Assembly (NCBI GenBank): GCA_049968515.1
Contig: JBMFQR010000001.1
Coordinates: 35,154-99,153 of the forward strand
Direction of reading: 5' to 3'
Source of the DNA: Brevinematia bacterium
Lineage (GTDB): Bacteria > Spirochaetota > Brevinematia > Brevinematales > JAOACQ01
DNA: 64,000 bases
How positions within the stretch are numbered: the stretch's first letter is position 1; every line of letters begins with the position of its first letter. Below are positions 9,912 to 20,106 of this stretch, piece after piece. Below the pieces are notes generated by a model, which was not told the DNA's origin, made no database searches, and saw nothing but the letters and a program-made list of their open reading frames with translations. Position numbers and translations under genes: made by a program.

Positions 9912-10559
9912 TTATTTCAGTATGGTTTTTAGTCTTGTCCTATAAAGTTCTGAAGAGATATATTTAGAATCTTTCATCAATATCTGCAATTTATTCTTTT
10001 CTGAAACCCTTGCACCAAAAGAATAATCAAGTCTTACAACAAAACCCTTTGGTGGTTCATTTTCAGTGGTAAAGTATATCATTGTCAGAGAGTCTCTTTC
10101 AATAATAACAGGAATTTTCTCATTTTTATTTGTCAGCTCTAACTTTTTAAAATCTTTTCTTTCAGAAAGATAATCATAAGAGAGATAAAGGCTATAATTC
10201 TTTTCAAAGGAATCTTCGGTGGCATCAATAGTTATAGTAAGAATGCAAAAATCATTTGAAAAAACCTTTTGTGAATACAACTCCAGATCGTAATTGCCCT
10301 TTTCCATTACAACCCTTGAAAAGGCATTTGTAGAAATGAGCCTGTAATCGCCTGGCTCTGGAATTGAATCAAGCATTGTCTTTTCAAGTAAAAGCATGAG
10401 TTTATCAACTATCTCAAGTCCCTTTACAGAGGCAGAATAAAAATTCTGTTTTTTAATGCTAAGATTGAGCTGACCAATCTCTTTTGAAAATTCTTGGGAG
10501 TATGATATTGAAGAAAAAAATAGAATAAAGCTAAAAAAAAGGCAGCCTTTTTTTTTCAT
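9912..10559 (-). CDS. secreted protein, unknown function
   Basis: Trimmed to the ATG at 10559 after GGAGG. Signal peptide MKKKGCLFFSFILFFSSISYS. No family recognised. Confidence 0.5.
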   Translation of the reverse strand: MKKKGCLFFSFILFFSSISYSQEFSKEIGQLNLSIKKQNFYSASVKGLEIVDKLMLLLEKTMLDSIPEPGDYRLISTNAFSRVVMEKGNYDLELYSQKVFSNDFCILTITIDATEDSFEKNYSLYLSYDYLSERKDFKKLELTNKNEKIPVIIERDSLTMIYFTTENEPPKGFVVRLDYSFGARVSEKNKLQILMKDSKYISSELYRTRLKTILK

Positions 10560-10720
10560 AAAATTTACCTCCAATAATCTTGACAATTTCTATTGAAGAT
10601 GGAAGAAACTTGATATAAATAAGAACAAACAACTCCCCTCAATCAACATAAATAAAGGAGTGGTTGCCTATGAAAAATTATTACAGGGCTTATTTTATTT
10701 GATAATTCAGATTAAACAGA

Positions 10721-12601
10721 TTAATTTTCCTGAAGATAACCCATATTAAACAATTCTGATTTCTGGAAATTTGTGGCTTCAGGAACCCCGCTTTCTCTTC
10801 CATAAAAGGCAACGCCGACAATTTCATTCTTTTTGATTATTGGCATAATAAAAAGTTCTTCTATTTCATTCAGATCGGTTTCTAAAAATTTTGAGCTAAG
10901 ATATCTTGATTTCAAATTACCTTTAATATCAACACACTTACCTTTTGAGAAGAAGAGTTTTATAAGTGGGTCATCAATGTCAAAGCTTACCTCTGATGAT
11001 TTAAAACCCTCCTGAATTACCGGGATAAAGTGTGAATTTTCCCTCTTTAGAATCATTACCCTCGAAATTCCGAGATTGTTTTTGCTTAGATCAAGAGCGA
11101 CACTTCCGTAATCCTCAACAGTAGCTATAGTGCTGGTTTTTTGAGGAGGTTCTGCCATTTCATTTTTTAAATCAATCTCCCTCTCTTCAATTGTTTCTTT
11201 CAAGGGTTCCATAGAGGTCACAGCCATTGCTTCTTCAATTTGCCCGAGATTTTCAGTTAAAGGAACGTTTTCCACTTCCGGCATTTCAAACTCTATGGTT
11301 CTTTCAATCGTCTCTATTTCCTCAGCTTTTTCAGGTTCCTCCTTTAATGCTATTTCTTTCTCAATATATTCATTAGACATTCCGCTGAGTATATTTTCTT
11401 CTTCAGCAAAGACCTTTGTTTTATGATCAGGTTCAAATGTTTCTTCTGAAACCTCAAATGGTACTTCAACCATTTCTTCTTTAACCTCGTAAGGCTTTTC
11501 AGCTAAAGATGATTCTATCTCTTTTTCTGAGGGTAAAACTGGCTTTTCACTTACAGCAGAAAACTCTGTCTGCTCACTCATCATCATTTCTTCTATACCT
11601 TCTTTAGCTTCTTCTTCTCTATAAATGTTTTCCTCTTCAATATCCTTCACGAGGTCTCCTATTTCGGATCTATCTTCCGTTACGGTATCTGTCTTCAAAC
11701 TGCTAAGTGCTACCTCCTTATACAACTTTTCTTCTCTGCTTATCTGTAAAAGGGTAAAGACAACAAGAAGTAATAAAATTAAATCTATTATGATAAAAAA
11801 GATTGTCCATGGAGAAATAAACTTCTCATTCTTTGCATAATAAATTAGCTTTATTCCGTTAAACTGAGAAATTCCACCAATAGTTTTTTCAAATCTTTCT
11901 CCCTTTATATCCTTAAGGTTTTCATAATTCTGCAGAATAAGACTAATATCCTTTGGATCAATATTCCCTGTTGAGAAAAATACGAAGTTTTCAGAAGAAA
12001 AAGGTATTTTGAGCTTTTTTGCTGGAAAAGCACTACTCAACAATTTTGCAGTGTTGTAGTAGACAGCGACGTATCCATAATATATACTATTGGAAATTGC
12101 ATAGCTTAATGGAAAGAGAGAAAAGAACTGCTGATTGTTCAAAAAGTAAAAAAATGGTTCATCCCTTAAAGAGAAATGAGATTGTATCTTTTCAAGTATT
12201 GTAGATTTAAGCTTCTGGGACAATTTTTCTTCTTCTATTGTGGAGAATATTATAAGTCCATCTTTGTCAATCAACTGAATCTTTATACATTCCGGGATTT
12301 TATTTTTTATTTCTGAAATTCTTGTTGAATCTACTGGAGCAAGCCCTAAAAAGTAAGACTCAAAAATAGCTTTTACAGTTTCTTCCTGTGAAAGTGATTT
12401 TATTTCGTCTTTTACTTTTAGCATATTGCTCTGAACAGTCTGACTTATAAGTTCAGTATTTTTTCTGACGTGTTCATCATAAATTTTCCCGAACATTCCC
12501 ACCCTGTTCTTTGAGAAATACACTATTACAAATAGAGAGATGATTGAAAAAATTAGAAGTAAAACCAGAATCACTTTCTTTAATGTCATAATCTGCTCCA
12601 A
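10721..12601 (-). CDS. two-TM membrane protein with extracytoplasmic domain, Glu-rich linker and C-terminal GAF-like domain
   Basis: TM1 lies near residue 10 and TM2 is WTIFFIIIDLILLLLVVFTLL. A ~200-aa E/K/P-rich low-complexity segment follows. The C-terminal ~140 aa (ISRVMILKRE...IVGVAFYGRE) looks GAF-like. An alternative ATG start is at 12589. Confidence 0.5.
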   Translation of the reverse strand: MEQIMTLKKVILVLLLIFSIISLFVIVYFSKNRVGMFGKIYDEHVRKNTELISQTVQSNMLKVKDEIKSLSQEETVKAIFESYFLGLAPVDSTRISEIKNKIPECIKIQLIDKDGLIIFSTIEEEKLSQKLKSTILEKIQSHFSLRDEPFFYFLNNQQFFSLFPLSYAISNSIYYGYVAVYYNTAKLLSSAFPAKKLKIPFSSENFVFFSTGNIDPKDISLILQNYENLKDIKGERFEKTIGGISQFNGIKLIYYAKNEKFISPWTIFFIIIDLILLLLVVFTLLQISREEKLYKEVALSSLKTDTVTEDRSEIGDLVKDIEEENIYREEEAKEGIEEMMMSEQTEFSAVSEKPVLPSEKEIESSLAEKPYEVKEEMVEVPFEVSEETFEPDHKTKVFAEEENILSGMSNEYIEKEIALKEEPEKAEEIETIERTIEFEMPEVENVPLTENLGQIEEAMAVTSMEPLKETIEEREIDLKNEMAEPPQKTSTIATVEDYGSVALDLSKNNLGISRVMILKRENSHFIPVIQEGFKSSEVSFDIDDPLIKLFFSKGKCVDIKGNLKSRYLSSKFLETDLNEIEELFIMPIIKKNEIVGVAFYGRESGVPEATNFQKSELFNMGYLQEN

Positions 12602-12741
12602 AATAGAATTTAGTATATTTATTTTCGGTAAAGGGGATTAACTTTCTTGAATGGAGAAAAACATTTTCATTACCCTGCACGTTGACAGGCGTTCTGTAAC
12701 ATTACCAACGCTAACGCAATAATTTTTGTTATATAGCGGGT

Positions 12742-12786
12742 AAAAAAAAACGACAGGGCTTCATCTTCTTAATAGATGCGCCCTGT
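12742..12786 (-). terminator. rho-independent terminator after the hbb-like gene
   Basis: On the minus strand, ACAGGGC...GCCCTGT (12780-12786 / 12753-12759) is followed by a run of 9 T (complement of 12742-12750). Confidence 0.6.
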
Positions 12787-12808
12787 TTTATCTCATTCAA
12801 AAAATTAA

Positions 12809-13129
12809 TTATTTTCCATTAATTACGGTCTGACGCATTTCTCTTCCAGGCTTAAAGAAGGGTGTTTTTCTATCTGGAACTTTAACTTCTTCGCCAGTCT
12901 TTGGATTCCTTGCAATTCTTGCCTTTCTCTTTTTAATTCCGAAAGTACCAAATCCTCTTAACTCGATTCTGTCATCTTCTTTAAGGTTTTCAATAGCTTC
13001 TCTTAATTTCTCGATAAAATTGCTGATAACAATTGCGACCTCTTTTCTTGAAAGACCCACATCTCTCACATCTGCTGTCTCATAAACCATCTCAACAATA
13101 TCAGCCTTTGTTAATTTGTTTCTTGACAT
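12809..13129 (-). CDS. hbb: HU/IHF-family DNA-binding protein (Hbb-like)
   Basis: 106 aa. RGFGTFGIKKRKARIARNPKTGEEVKVPDRKTPFFKPG is the canonical HU/IHF arm. Lies immediately downstream of rpsT, as in Borrelia. Confidence 0.85.
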   Translation of the reverse strand: MSRNKLTKADIVEMVYETADVRDVGLSRKEVAIVISNFIEKLREAIENLKEDDRIELRGFGTFGIKKRKARIARNPKTGEEVKVPDRKTPFFKPGREMRQTVINGK

Positions 13130-13139
13130 AGCTTCCCTC

Positions 13140-13421
13140 CTATTTGTTTACAGAAAAAATTTTATTTGCCATTAAATCGATTCTTGATTTCAATCTTGAA
13201 GACTTATTTTTCTTGAAAATTCCCTTCGCCCACATCTTATCAAGTTGAGATTTATAATAATTCAATGCCTCAACTTTTTTCTCCATACTTTCATTGTCAG
13301 AATTCAGGATAGAAATAGTTTTCTTTTTAAGGTTCTTGATAAATGTCTTCAGACTTTTATTCCTTTCATATCTTTTTGCAGCCTGCCGCACCTTTTTTTC
13401 CGCAGATTTCTTTATTGGCAC
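13140..13421 (-). CDS. rpsT: 30S ribosomal protein S20
   Basis: PIKKSAEKKVRQAAKRYERNKSLKT is the S20 N-terminus. Start moved to the GTG at 13421, which lies 5 nt after AAGGAGG; the longer ORF-track N-terminus has no support. Confidence 0.85.
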   Translation of the reverse strand: MPIKKSAEKKVRQAAKRYERNKSLKTFIKNLKKKTISILNSDNESMEKKVEALNYYKSQLDKMWAKGIFKKNKSSRLKSRIDLMANKIFSVNK

Positions 13422-13720
13422 AAATTCCTCCTTAAATGAACTATATATAAAAAATATTTTATTTAATATTCTACAATTAGTCAAATTTTTTTAATGTAAT
13501 ATTGAAAAAAATTTTTCAAGTTTAAATGAGACAATTTTTATATAAAAATGGAAATGGTATGTCAAGCCGTTTCAGGGTTTCTATTCTACATTCTTTATTT
13601 TTTACTTGCTTTTTTGTTTTTTTTAATTTATCATTAATACTCGGGTTATGTGGCTGTTTTTTTATATGTAATAAAAAAATCGGATAATCTGGATATTACA
13701 TCGAATAAACAGGTAAAAAA

Positions 13721-16474
13721 ATGAGTAGAAAAATTGCCCTTATAGATGGGACAGGGCTTCTTTACAGGGCTTACTACGCTTTTATTTCAAGACCTCTCAC
13801 AACAACAAAAGGAGAGCATACATCTGCTATATTTGGTTTTTTCAAGGTATTATCTCAAATCTTTAAGGAGATTTCACCGGATGCAGTGCTTGTGGCTTTT
13901 GATCGTACAAGAGCAACATTCAGACAGAAGATTTATCCTCTATATAAGGCACAGAGGCAGGAAACTCCACCAGATTTAAAGGCACAAATTCCAGTAATAA
14001 TAGGTATGCTTGAGAGAATGGGAATTAAGGTTATTGAAATGGATGAATATGAGGCTGATGATATAATAGGAACTGTGGCATATAACTCAAAGAACAATTT
14101 TTTGCCCTATATTGTCTCGGGGGATAAAGACCTTATGCAGCTTGTTGATGATAAGGTAAGGGTTATAAAGCCCCAGAAGGGTATAAGTGAGATAAACTTG
14201 CTTGATAGAGAGGGTGTAAAAAATGAGTTTGGGGTTTACCCGGAGCAGATTCCGGACTATATTGCAATAGTTGGAGATGCTTCGGACAACATTCCGGGGA
14301 TAAAGGGTATAGGTGAGAAGGGGGCAGTTAAGCTACTTTCTGAATATAAAACTCTGGAAAATATATACTCTCATATTGATGAAATTCAGGGGGCTATAAA
14401 AAATAAGCTTATTGAGGGGAAAGAAACAGCTTTTTTGAGCAAGGATCTTGCAACTATCAGAAGAGACATTGATATAAAACTTTCTGTAGAGGATTTTATT
14501 GTTGATAAGAAAAATATCTTGAACGAAGAAGTCATTAATGATTTCAAGCATTATGAATTGTATAATCTTCTTCTTGAATGGAAAAAACTTTTCCTGGGAG
14601 ATGTGGGGGAAGAAACCTTATTTGCGGGTGTTGATGAGATTACTATTTCGGGAGAGATGAAAGGGGATTACAGATTAATCAAGAAGAGAAGTGAATTTCA
14701 AGAGCTCCTTGAGAGAATTAAAGCCACCGGGTATATGTCCATAGATACCGAAACAACCACTCCAGATCCATTTTTGTGTGAGTTGATAGGCATTTCAATA
14801 TCTTTAAAAACGGGAGAGGCATATTTTATTCCATGCAAGTATTGTTGTAATCAGGAATTTGATTTGAATTTTGTACTGGATGGATTAAGACCAGTTCTGG
14901 AAAATGAAAAAATTGGCAAGATTGGACAGAATTTAAAGTATGAATGGGAAGTGTTTTCAAACTATGGCATTTTTATGAAAGGCATTATTTTTGATACAAT
15001 GATAGCTGCATATCTTTTGAATCCTACAAGAACTCATAATAATCTTGAATCTCTGGTTCTTGAGTATCTAAATGTAAAGAAGAATGACTATTCTGAAACC
15101 TTGAAAAAATCGACTTCGAAAGGCAAGGACATTACACTGCTTGATGTAAGTATAGATGAGCTTGTAAATTATGCCTGTGGTGATGCTGATGCTGCTCTTA
15201 GATTAAAGGAGAAACTTGAGCCTCTAATTAAGAAAGAGGGCCTTGAGAATGTTTTCTATAAGATAGAGCTTCCTCTTATAACCGTACTTGGGATGATAGA
15301 GAAAAATGGTGTAAAGGTTGACAGAGAGATAATGAAAAAGATGTCGGAAGATATTGCTTTGGAACTCGAAAGACTGAAGGAAAGGATATATTTTCTTGCT
15401 GGCAAAGAATTTAACATTCAATCTTCCATACAGCTTTCCAAGATACTCTTTGAAGATCTCGGGCTTGAGCCTGTCAAACTTACTGAAAAAGGCAAGGCTT
15501 CTACGGATGAAGAGGTTTTAGAGACTCTTGCGAGGGAACATCCCCTGCCAGCAGAGATTTTAAAATTCAGGACACTTGCAAAATTAAAAAACACCTATCT
15601 TGATTCTATCCCGGAGCTTATCAATCCAAATACAAATAGGGTGCACACAAGCTTTAATCAGACAGTTACAGCCACAGGCAGGTTGTCTTCAAGTGAACCG
15701 AACCTGCAGAATATACCAATAAGGGATGAAGTGGGTAGAAAGGTAAGAATGGGTTTTATTGCTGATGAAGGCAGATTGCTTTTAAGTGCTGACTATTCTC
15801 AGATTGAGTTGAGAGTTTTAGCTCATTTTTGCAAGGATAGGGCTTTAATAGATGCCTTTTTGAAGGGTAAGGATATTCACAGACATACAGCTTCAATCAT
15901 TTTTGGATGTAGGGAAGATGAGGTTACTGAAGATATGCGTCGAAGGGCAAAAAGTGTGAATTTTGGTATAATATATGGGCTTCAGGCTTTCGGTCTTTCA
16001 AAGCAGCTTGGCATCCCTGTTTCTGAGGCGAAGGAATTTATCGATAGCTATTTCAGAAGCTTTCCTGATGTGAGAAATTTTGTAAGAGAGGTAATGGAAG
16101 AGGTAAGGGATAGTGGAGAGGTAAGAACTCTATATGGAAGGAAGAGAAGTTTTCCTGATCTCTATAAGAAAACTATTCCAGAGGGATTTCATCTTTCTGC
16201 CTCACAAAGGATGGCTTTGAACACCAAAATACAGGGTTCTGCTGCCGATATTATTAAGATAGCGATGATTGAACTTAGCAAAGTTCTCGTGGATGAATTT
16301 AAAAATGTGAAGATGATTCTTCAGATTCACGATGAACTGGTCTTTGAATGTCCTTTAGATTTGATTGAAGATTGCAAGAAGCTTGTGAAGGAGGTTATGG
16401 AAAATTGTGTTAAGCTTGATGTGCCGCTTATTGTTGATATTGGAGTTGGAAAAAATTGGAGTGAGGCACATTAA
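13721..16474 (+). CDS. polA: DNA polymerase I
   Basis: 917 aa. 5'-nuclease N-terminus (LIDGTGLLYRAYYA, GDKDL), 3'-5' exo region (DTETT), and polymerase motifs A (LLSADYSQIELRVLAH), B (RRRAKSVNFGIIYG) and C (QIHDELVFE). Confidence 0.97.
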   Translation: MSRKIALIDGTGLLYRAYYAFISRPLTTTKGEHTSAIFGFFKVLSQIFKEISPDAVLVAFDRTRATFRQKIYPLYKAQRQETPPDLKAQIPVIIGMLERMGIKVIEMDEYEADDIIGTVAYNSKNNFLPYIVSGDKDLMQLVDDKVRVIKPQKGISEINLLDREGVKNEFGVYPEQIPDYIAIVGDASDNIPGIKGIGEKGAVKLLSEYKTLENIYSHIDEIQGAIKNKLIEGKETAFLSKDLATIRRDIDIKLSVEDFIVDKKNILNEEVINDFKHYELYNLLLEWKKLFLGDVGEETLFAGVDEITISGEMKGDYRLIKKRSEFQELLERIKATGYMSIDTETTTPDPFLCELIGISISLKTGEAYFIPCKYCCNQEFDLNFVLDGLRPVLENEKIGKIGQNLKYEWEVFSNYGIFMKGIIFDTMIAAYLLNPTRTHNNLESLVLEYLNVKKNDYSETLKKSTSKGKDITLLDVSIDELVNYACGDADAALRLKEKLEPLIKKEGLENVFYKIELPLITVLGMIEKNGVKVDREIMKKMSEDIALELERLKERIYFLAGKEFNIQSSIQLSKILFEDLGLEPVKLTEKGKASTDEEVLETLAREHPLPAEILKFRTLAKLKNTYLDSIPELINPNTNRVHTSFNQTVTATGRLSSSEPNLQNIPIRDEVGRKVRMGFIADEGRLLLSADYSQIELRVLAHFCKDRALIDAFLKGKDIHRHTASIIFGCREDEVTEDMRRRAKSVNFGIIYGLQAFGLSKQLGIPVSEAKEFIDSYFRSFPDVRNFVREVMEEVRDSGEVRTLYGRKRSFPDLYKKTIPEGFHLSASQRMALNTKIQGSAADIIKIAMIELSKVLVDEFKNVKMILQIHDELVFECPLDLIEDCKKLVKEVMENCVKLDVPLIVDIGVGKNWSEAH

Positions 16475-16502
16475 AGTTAAAAGTTGAAAGTTGATAGTTG
16501 AA
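16475..16502 (+). repeat. four tandem heptamers AGTTAAA AGTTGAA AGTTGAT AGTTGAA
   Basis: Read directly from the sequence, between the polA stop (16474) and the RBS of the next gene. Confidence 0.6.
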
Positions 16503-16519
16503 AGAGGATTGGTTTTGGT

Positions 16520-17176
16520 ATGAGTGAATACAGTGCAATAATTTTTGATCTTGATGGTACTCTTCTTGACACTCTTGAGGATATAGCTGATTCTATGAAT
16601 ACAGTGCTTAATAGATTCGGATACAGGGCACAGAGTATTGATAGTTATAGATATTACGTTGGAGATGGGCTTGAAAATCTTATTAAGAGGGTGACAGGAA
16701 ATATAAACATCGGGAAGAGTGAAATAAAAGACATTAAGCGTAATTTTAAGAAAGAGTATGAAAAGAGATGGAATTTAAAAACAAAACCTTATCACAATAT
16801 CTTGGATTTGCTAAATAGCCTTCAGAATAAGGGAATTAAAATGGCTGTTCTTTCCAATAAGCCTGATGGTTTTGCAAGGATTATGGCGAGCTATTATTTT
16901 CCTGAAATCAGATTTGAATGCGTAATAGGAGAAAAAAGGGGTTATCCGATAAAACCGGACCCATTTTTTGCGGTTAAGATTTCTAAAGATTTGAATATTC
17001 CCCCAAAACATTTTGTTTATCTTGGAGATACAAAGACTGATATGGAGACAGCCTTGAATGCTAAAATGCTGCCTGTTGGGGCTTTATGGGGATTTAGGAC
17101 AGAAGAAGAACTTCTATCAAGTGGTGCAAAATTTCTTGTTTCGGATCCTCTTGAAGTTTTAAAGTTTTTCTATTAA
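16520..17176 (+). CDS. HAD-superfamily hydrolase, phosphoglycolate-phosphatase-like
   Basis: Motif I IIFDLDGTLLDT, motif II VLSNK, motif III/IV K...YLGDTKTDMETA. Confidence 0.75.
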   Translation: MSEYSAIIFDLDGTLLDTLEDIADSMNTVLNRFGYRAQSIDSYRYYVGDGLENLIKRVTGNINIGKSEIKDIKRNFKKEYEKRWNLKTKPYHNILDLLNSLQNKGIKMAVLSNKPDGFARIMASYYFPEIRFECVIGEKRGYPIKPDPFFAVKISKDLNIPPKHFVYLGDTKTDMETALNAKMLPVGALWGFRTEEELLSSGAKFLVSDPLEVLKFFY

Positions 17177-18043
17177 TTCTTCAATAAGTTTCCCTTTTTT
17201 GCTTTCGAATTTTATTTTAAGAAGAGGGATTTCAATTCTTTTGCAGTTTAGGATGTAATGCTCTAAAAAGCCTATTCTTTTCCCACCATATTTCGTGTCG
17301 TTAATTACCGGGTGGTTTATACTTCCACAGATTGCTCTTATCTGGTGATGATGTCCTGTCCATATTTCCACCTCACTGTGTGTAAAATTCCCCATTACTC
17401 TTAATGGTTTTATAATGGTAGCTGATTTTTTTGGGTTTGCTTTCAGCCATTTACTTTTATCTGGAATTGTATTATGGATCTTTACATTTTCTGCCCACGA
17501 GATATTTTTATCTCTCTTTATTATGGCTTCTATGAAAAGATTATTTAATATTTTCCCCTGAAGCACTGTCTGGTAAATTTTATTTACCTTTTGTCTTCTA
17601 AACATTTTTGTAAGTATTCTTGCAGTTTTGTAATTTAAGGCGAAAATCAAAACTCCTGTGGTGTGTCTGTCGAGTCTGTGTACGGGGACTATGAAGTTGT
17701 TGTTTTTCTTTAGATAGCCTTTGAGTCTATTTACTACAGAGTCTTTTTCTCCATATATGGCTTTTTGGGAGTCTTTGTCTATAACAATCAAATTTTTGTC
17801 GTGATATATTATCTCGAGAGGTTTATCTATTGGATTGGGATCTTTTTTTTCCTCTATTTCATTGCAAAAAATTACATCATCCTTTTTTATTACATAGTCT
17901 TTTTTAGCCACTTTATGGTTTACGTAAATTTTATTTTTTCTGAACAGCTTATGAAGAAAGACCTTTGTAGCATTACTTGTTCTTAAGAGATATTTGAATA
18001 TCTTCTGTCCTTGCTCATCAAAAACTATTTTTCTTTCATACAT
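17159..18043 (-). CDS. RluA-family pseudouridine synthase (RluC/RluD-like with N-terminal S4-like segment)
   Basis: Catalytic block PVHRLDRHTTGVLIFA, and a C-terminal GHHHQIRA block typical of the RluA family. Confidence 0.85.
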   Translation of the reverse strand: MYERKIVFDEQGQKIFKYLLRTSNATKVFLHKLFRKNKIYVNHKVAKKDYVIKKDDVIFCNEIEEKKDPNPIDKPLEIIYHDKNLIVIDKDSQKAIYGEKDSVVNRLKGYLKKNNNFIVPVHRLDRHTTGVLIFALNYKTARILTKMFRRQKVNKIYQTVLQGKILNNLFIEAIIKRDKNISWAENVKIHNTIPDKSKWLKANPKKSATIIKPLRVMGNFTHSEVEIWTGHHHQIRAICGSINHPVINDTKYGGKRIGFLEHYILNCKRIEIPLLKIKFESKKGKLIEELIEKL

Positions 18044-18051
18044 AAAATTAC

Positions 18052-20019
18052 TTAAAGAACAGGGTCAATTATTGAAGTTAAAATAGTCTTGTTATTCTCA
18101 ATCACACCTTTTATTATTACATATGAGAAGAATTTATTGTTTACCAATTTATATGCTTGTATATAGATGGTGTCATTATTCTGTTTAAAAACATCAATAA
18201 CAAATCTTATCTTCCCTTTCAATTCCCAGCTTAACTCTCTATCTTTTTCCAGTGTCCTTTCATATTTGGGATTATTTTCTTTTGGTTCTTCTTTGCCAAA
18301 CTCTATATTTTTAGGAATGAAAGTAGATTGTCCGGAATAGTAATAATTCAAGCTTTCTTCTATTGTTTTAAATATCGTATTTTCAAAAAATATATAATTG
18401 TCGTAAAGGTTTTCTTCAAGCATATCAAATGGAGAGGTTAGTCTTATTGAAACTGGTTTTTCTTTAAACATTATGTTGGTTTCAGAGTTATTAAATATTA
18501 TGCGATTTGTAAGGCTATAGTTCTGATAGTCAAGAACCAGAAAAGCATTTAATTTGAAAGGATAATTGTCTTTTATGGTTACATTTATAAACTTTTCTAT
18601 CTTATTTTTTCTTTTTGAAATTTTGTTTGTAATAGTTTTCATTTCCCAGTTTATGAATGAATTGTATAGCTTGTTGTCCTGAATCTTTTCGGCTGCTGCT
18701 ATATTAAGGTCTTCAATTAATGAGTTTTTATTAATTTCAAATGGAATGTCTTTTATTGTTTGAATGACTTCGTTGATTGAAATTTTTGTATATCTGTATT
18801 TTTTGTCCAGAATTTTTAGCAATTCAAGATAGAGATTTTTATTACCGGAACAGATTGCGTCAAGATAATTTACTTTATACAGAAAGCTTAAAACCCCCTC
18901 ATTTTTTGAAGGACTTTTGATAAGATTCTGGATCTCAAATCTGTTTTGTAAAAGGAAGGTAGCATAGCAAGGATAAGAGATTTCCCTTAAAGAGATTAAG
19001 GCAAGATAGTCAACCATCGATTCTAATATAAGATAATCATCTGGTTCAAATCTAATTCTTCCGAAAAGATGAGTGTGGGCTATTTCATGGGCGAGGATTT
19101 TATAGAATAATGCTTCGGAGTCTTCATATATATAATTGTAAGGGTTGTTGGTCAATTTTTCGAGAGAAAGATTTTTCAATGAGATATTTGAAATAAGGAT
19201 TACATTTGCAAATGTTTCCCCCTCAATTGAAATGCTCATATCATTATACTGAAAAAGATTATCCAGAAGATGAAGCTGGGAGAATTCAAAAAAGCCAAGC
19301 CTTTTCTCAAGAAAATTGTTTATATTGTTTGCCATCAGAATAAGTTCATCTGCATTTTCGCTCTTTTCTGTGTAAAGGAAGATTTTATTCTTATTAAATC
19401 TCTTTTGTTTTGTGATTATAAGCACACCTGATTCGATAGCCTCATCGGTTTCACTTTCAAATTGTTGAATTCTAAATTCATTGCTTATGGTTTCATAGGT
19501 AATTTTTCCACCGGTGATCAGGTAGTAGTTCTCTGGCATCTTTACCCTAAGAGTATAGTTGAATTTCTGTGAACTTAAAAATGGGAGAGGCAACCAGATT
19601 TCTTTCGGGTCAAGAAAAACAATGTCTTTTTTCAGTATGAATCTGTTTTTTTCTACTGGACCAACAATTGAAAAAGCAAGCTCTACATCCTCTGTCTTTC
19701 CCGGTTCGAGCCCGGGAATTTTTATTCTGTATATATTGTATCCATAAAGAAATGTGCTATCGTAAAACATAGAAATATTTTTGTACTTTATGGATGTTAC
19801 AAAGACATTCTGATTACAGAAGAAGTAAATCTCTTTCAGCTTTGTAGTCTGGCTATTTTCGATTATATATTTTGCTGTCCCATTGATTTTCTCATCAGTT
19901 TCATCAAATGTAAGACTTGCGTTTAAAGACTTTACCTCTACACTTTTTTTCAGGACAATCTCATCACAGGATGCGGACAACAAAAGTAGAGAGATAATGA
20001 TTAAAAAGATTCTATCCAT
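18052..20019 (-). CDS. secreted HExxH metallopeptidase-like protein (gluzincin/M1-like)
   Basis: Signal peptide with a possible lipobox (LLLSASC). ILAHEIAHTHLFG is followed by a Glu ~18 residues later (LILESMVDY). Otherwise no family recognised. Confidence 0.5.
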   Translation of the reverse strand: MDRIFLIIISLLLLSASCDEIVLKKSVEVKSLNASLTFDETDEKINGTAKYIIENSQTTKLKEIYFFCNQNVFVTSIKYKNISMFYDSTFLYGYNIYRIKIPGLEPGKTEDVELAFSIVGPVEKNRFILKKDIVFLDPKEIWLPLPFLSSQKFNYTLRVKMPENYYLITGGKITYETISNEFRIQQFESETDEAIESGVLIITKQKRFNKNKIFLYTEKSENADELILMANNINNFLEKRLGFFEFSQLHLLDNLFQYNDMSISIEGETFANVILISNISLKNLSLEKLTNNPYNYIYEDSEALFYKILAHEIAHTHLFGRIRFEPDDYLILESMVDYLALISLREISYPCYATFLLQNRFEIQNLIKSPSKNEGVLSFLYKVNYLDAICSGNKNLYLELLKILDKKYRYTKISINEVIQTIKDIPFEINKNSLIEDLNIAAAEKIQDNKLYNSFINWEMKTITNKISKRKNKIEKFINVTIKDNYPFKLNAFLVLDYQNYSLTNRIIFNNSETNIMFKEKPVSIRLTSPFDMLEENLYDNYIFFENTIFKTIEESLNYYYSGQSTFIPKNIEFGKEEPKENNPKYERTLEKDRELSWELKGKIRFVIDVFKQNNDTIYIQAYKLVNNKFFSYVIIKGVIENNKTILTSIIDPVL

Positions 20020-20106
20020 CCATATACACTCTTTTTATAATAGTTTTTACTGGAATTAGACTTCATATTTTAGCTGAAGGGAATTTTTATTTCAACTTAT
20101 TTCAGG

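Noticed and set aside
11160-11700. Repetitive-looking stretch considered as a tandem repeat or CRISPR-like array
   Set aside because: It is in frame within a long CDS and encodes a Glu-rich low-complexity linker. There are no exact direct repeats with unique spacers.
13526-13687. 53-aa Phe/Leu/Cys-rich ORF in the rpsT-polA intergenic region
   Set aside because: It has no RBS, and its hydrophobic composition is what a T-rich promoter region produces by chance.
17159-17176. 18-nt convergent overlap of the HAD phosphatase and RluA-family genes
   Set aside because: Short 3'-end overlaps of convergent genes are common in compact genomes, and there is no sign of a functional element.
19700-19716. 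tRNA-like T-arm (CCCGG-TTCGAGC-CCGGG)
   Set aside because: No matching acceptor stem, D-arm or anticodon arm in the flanks, and it lies inside a long uninterrupted CDS.
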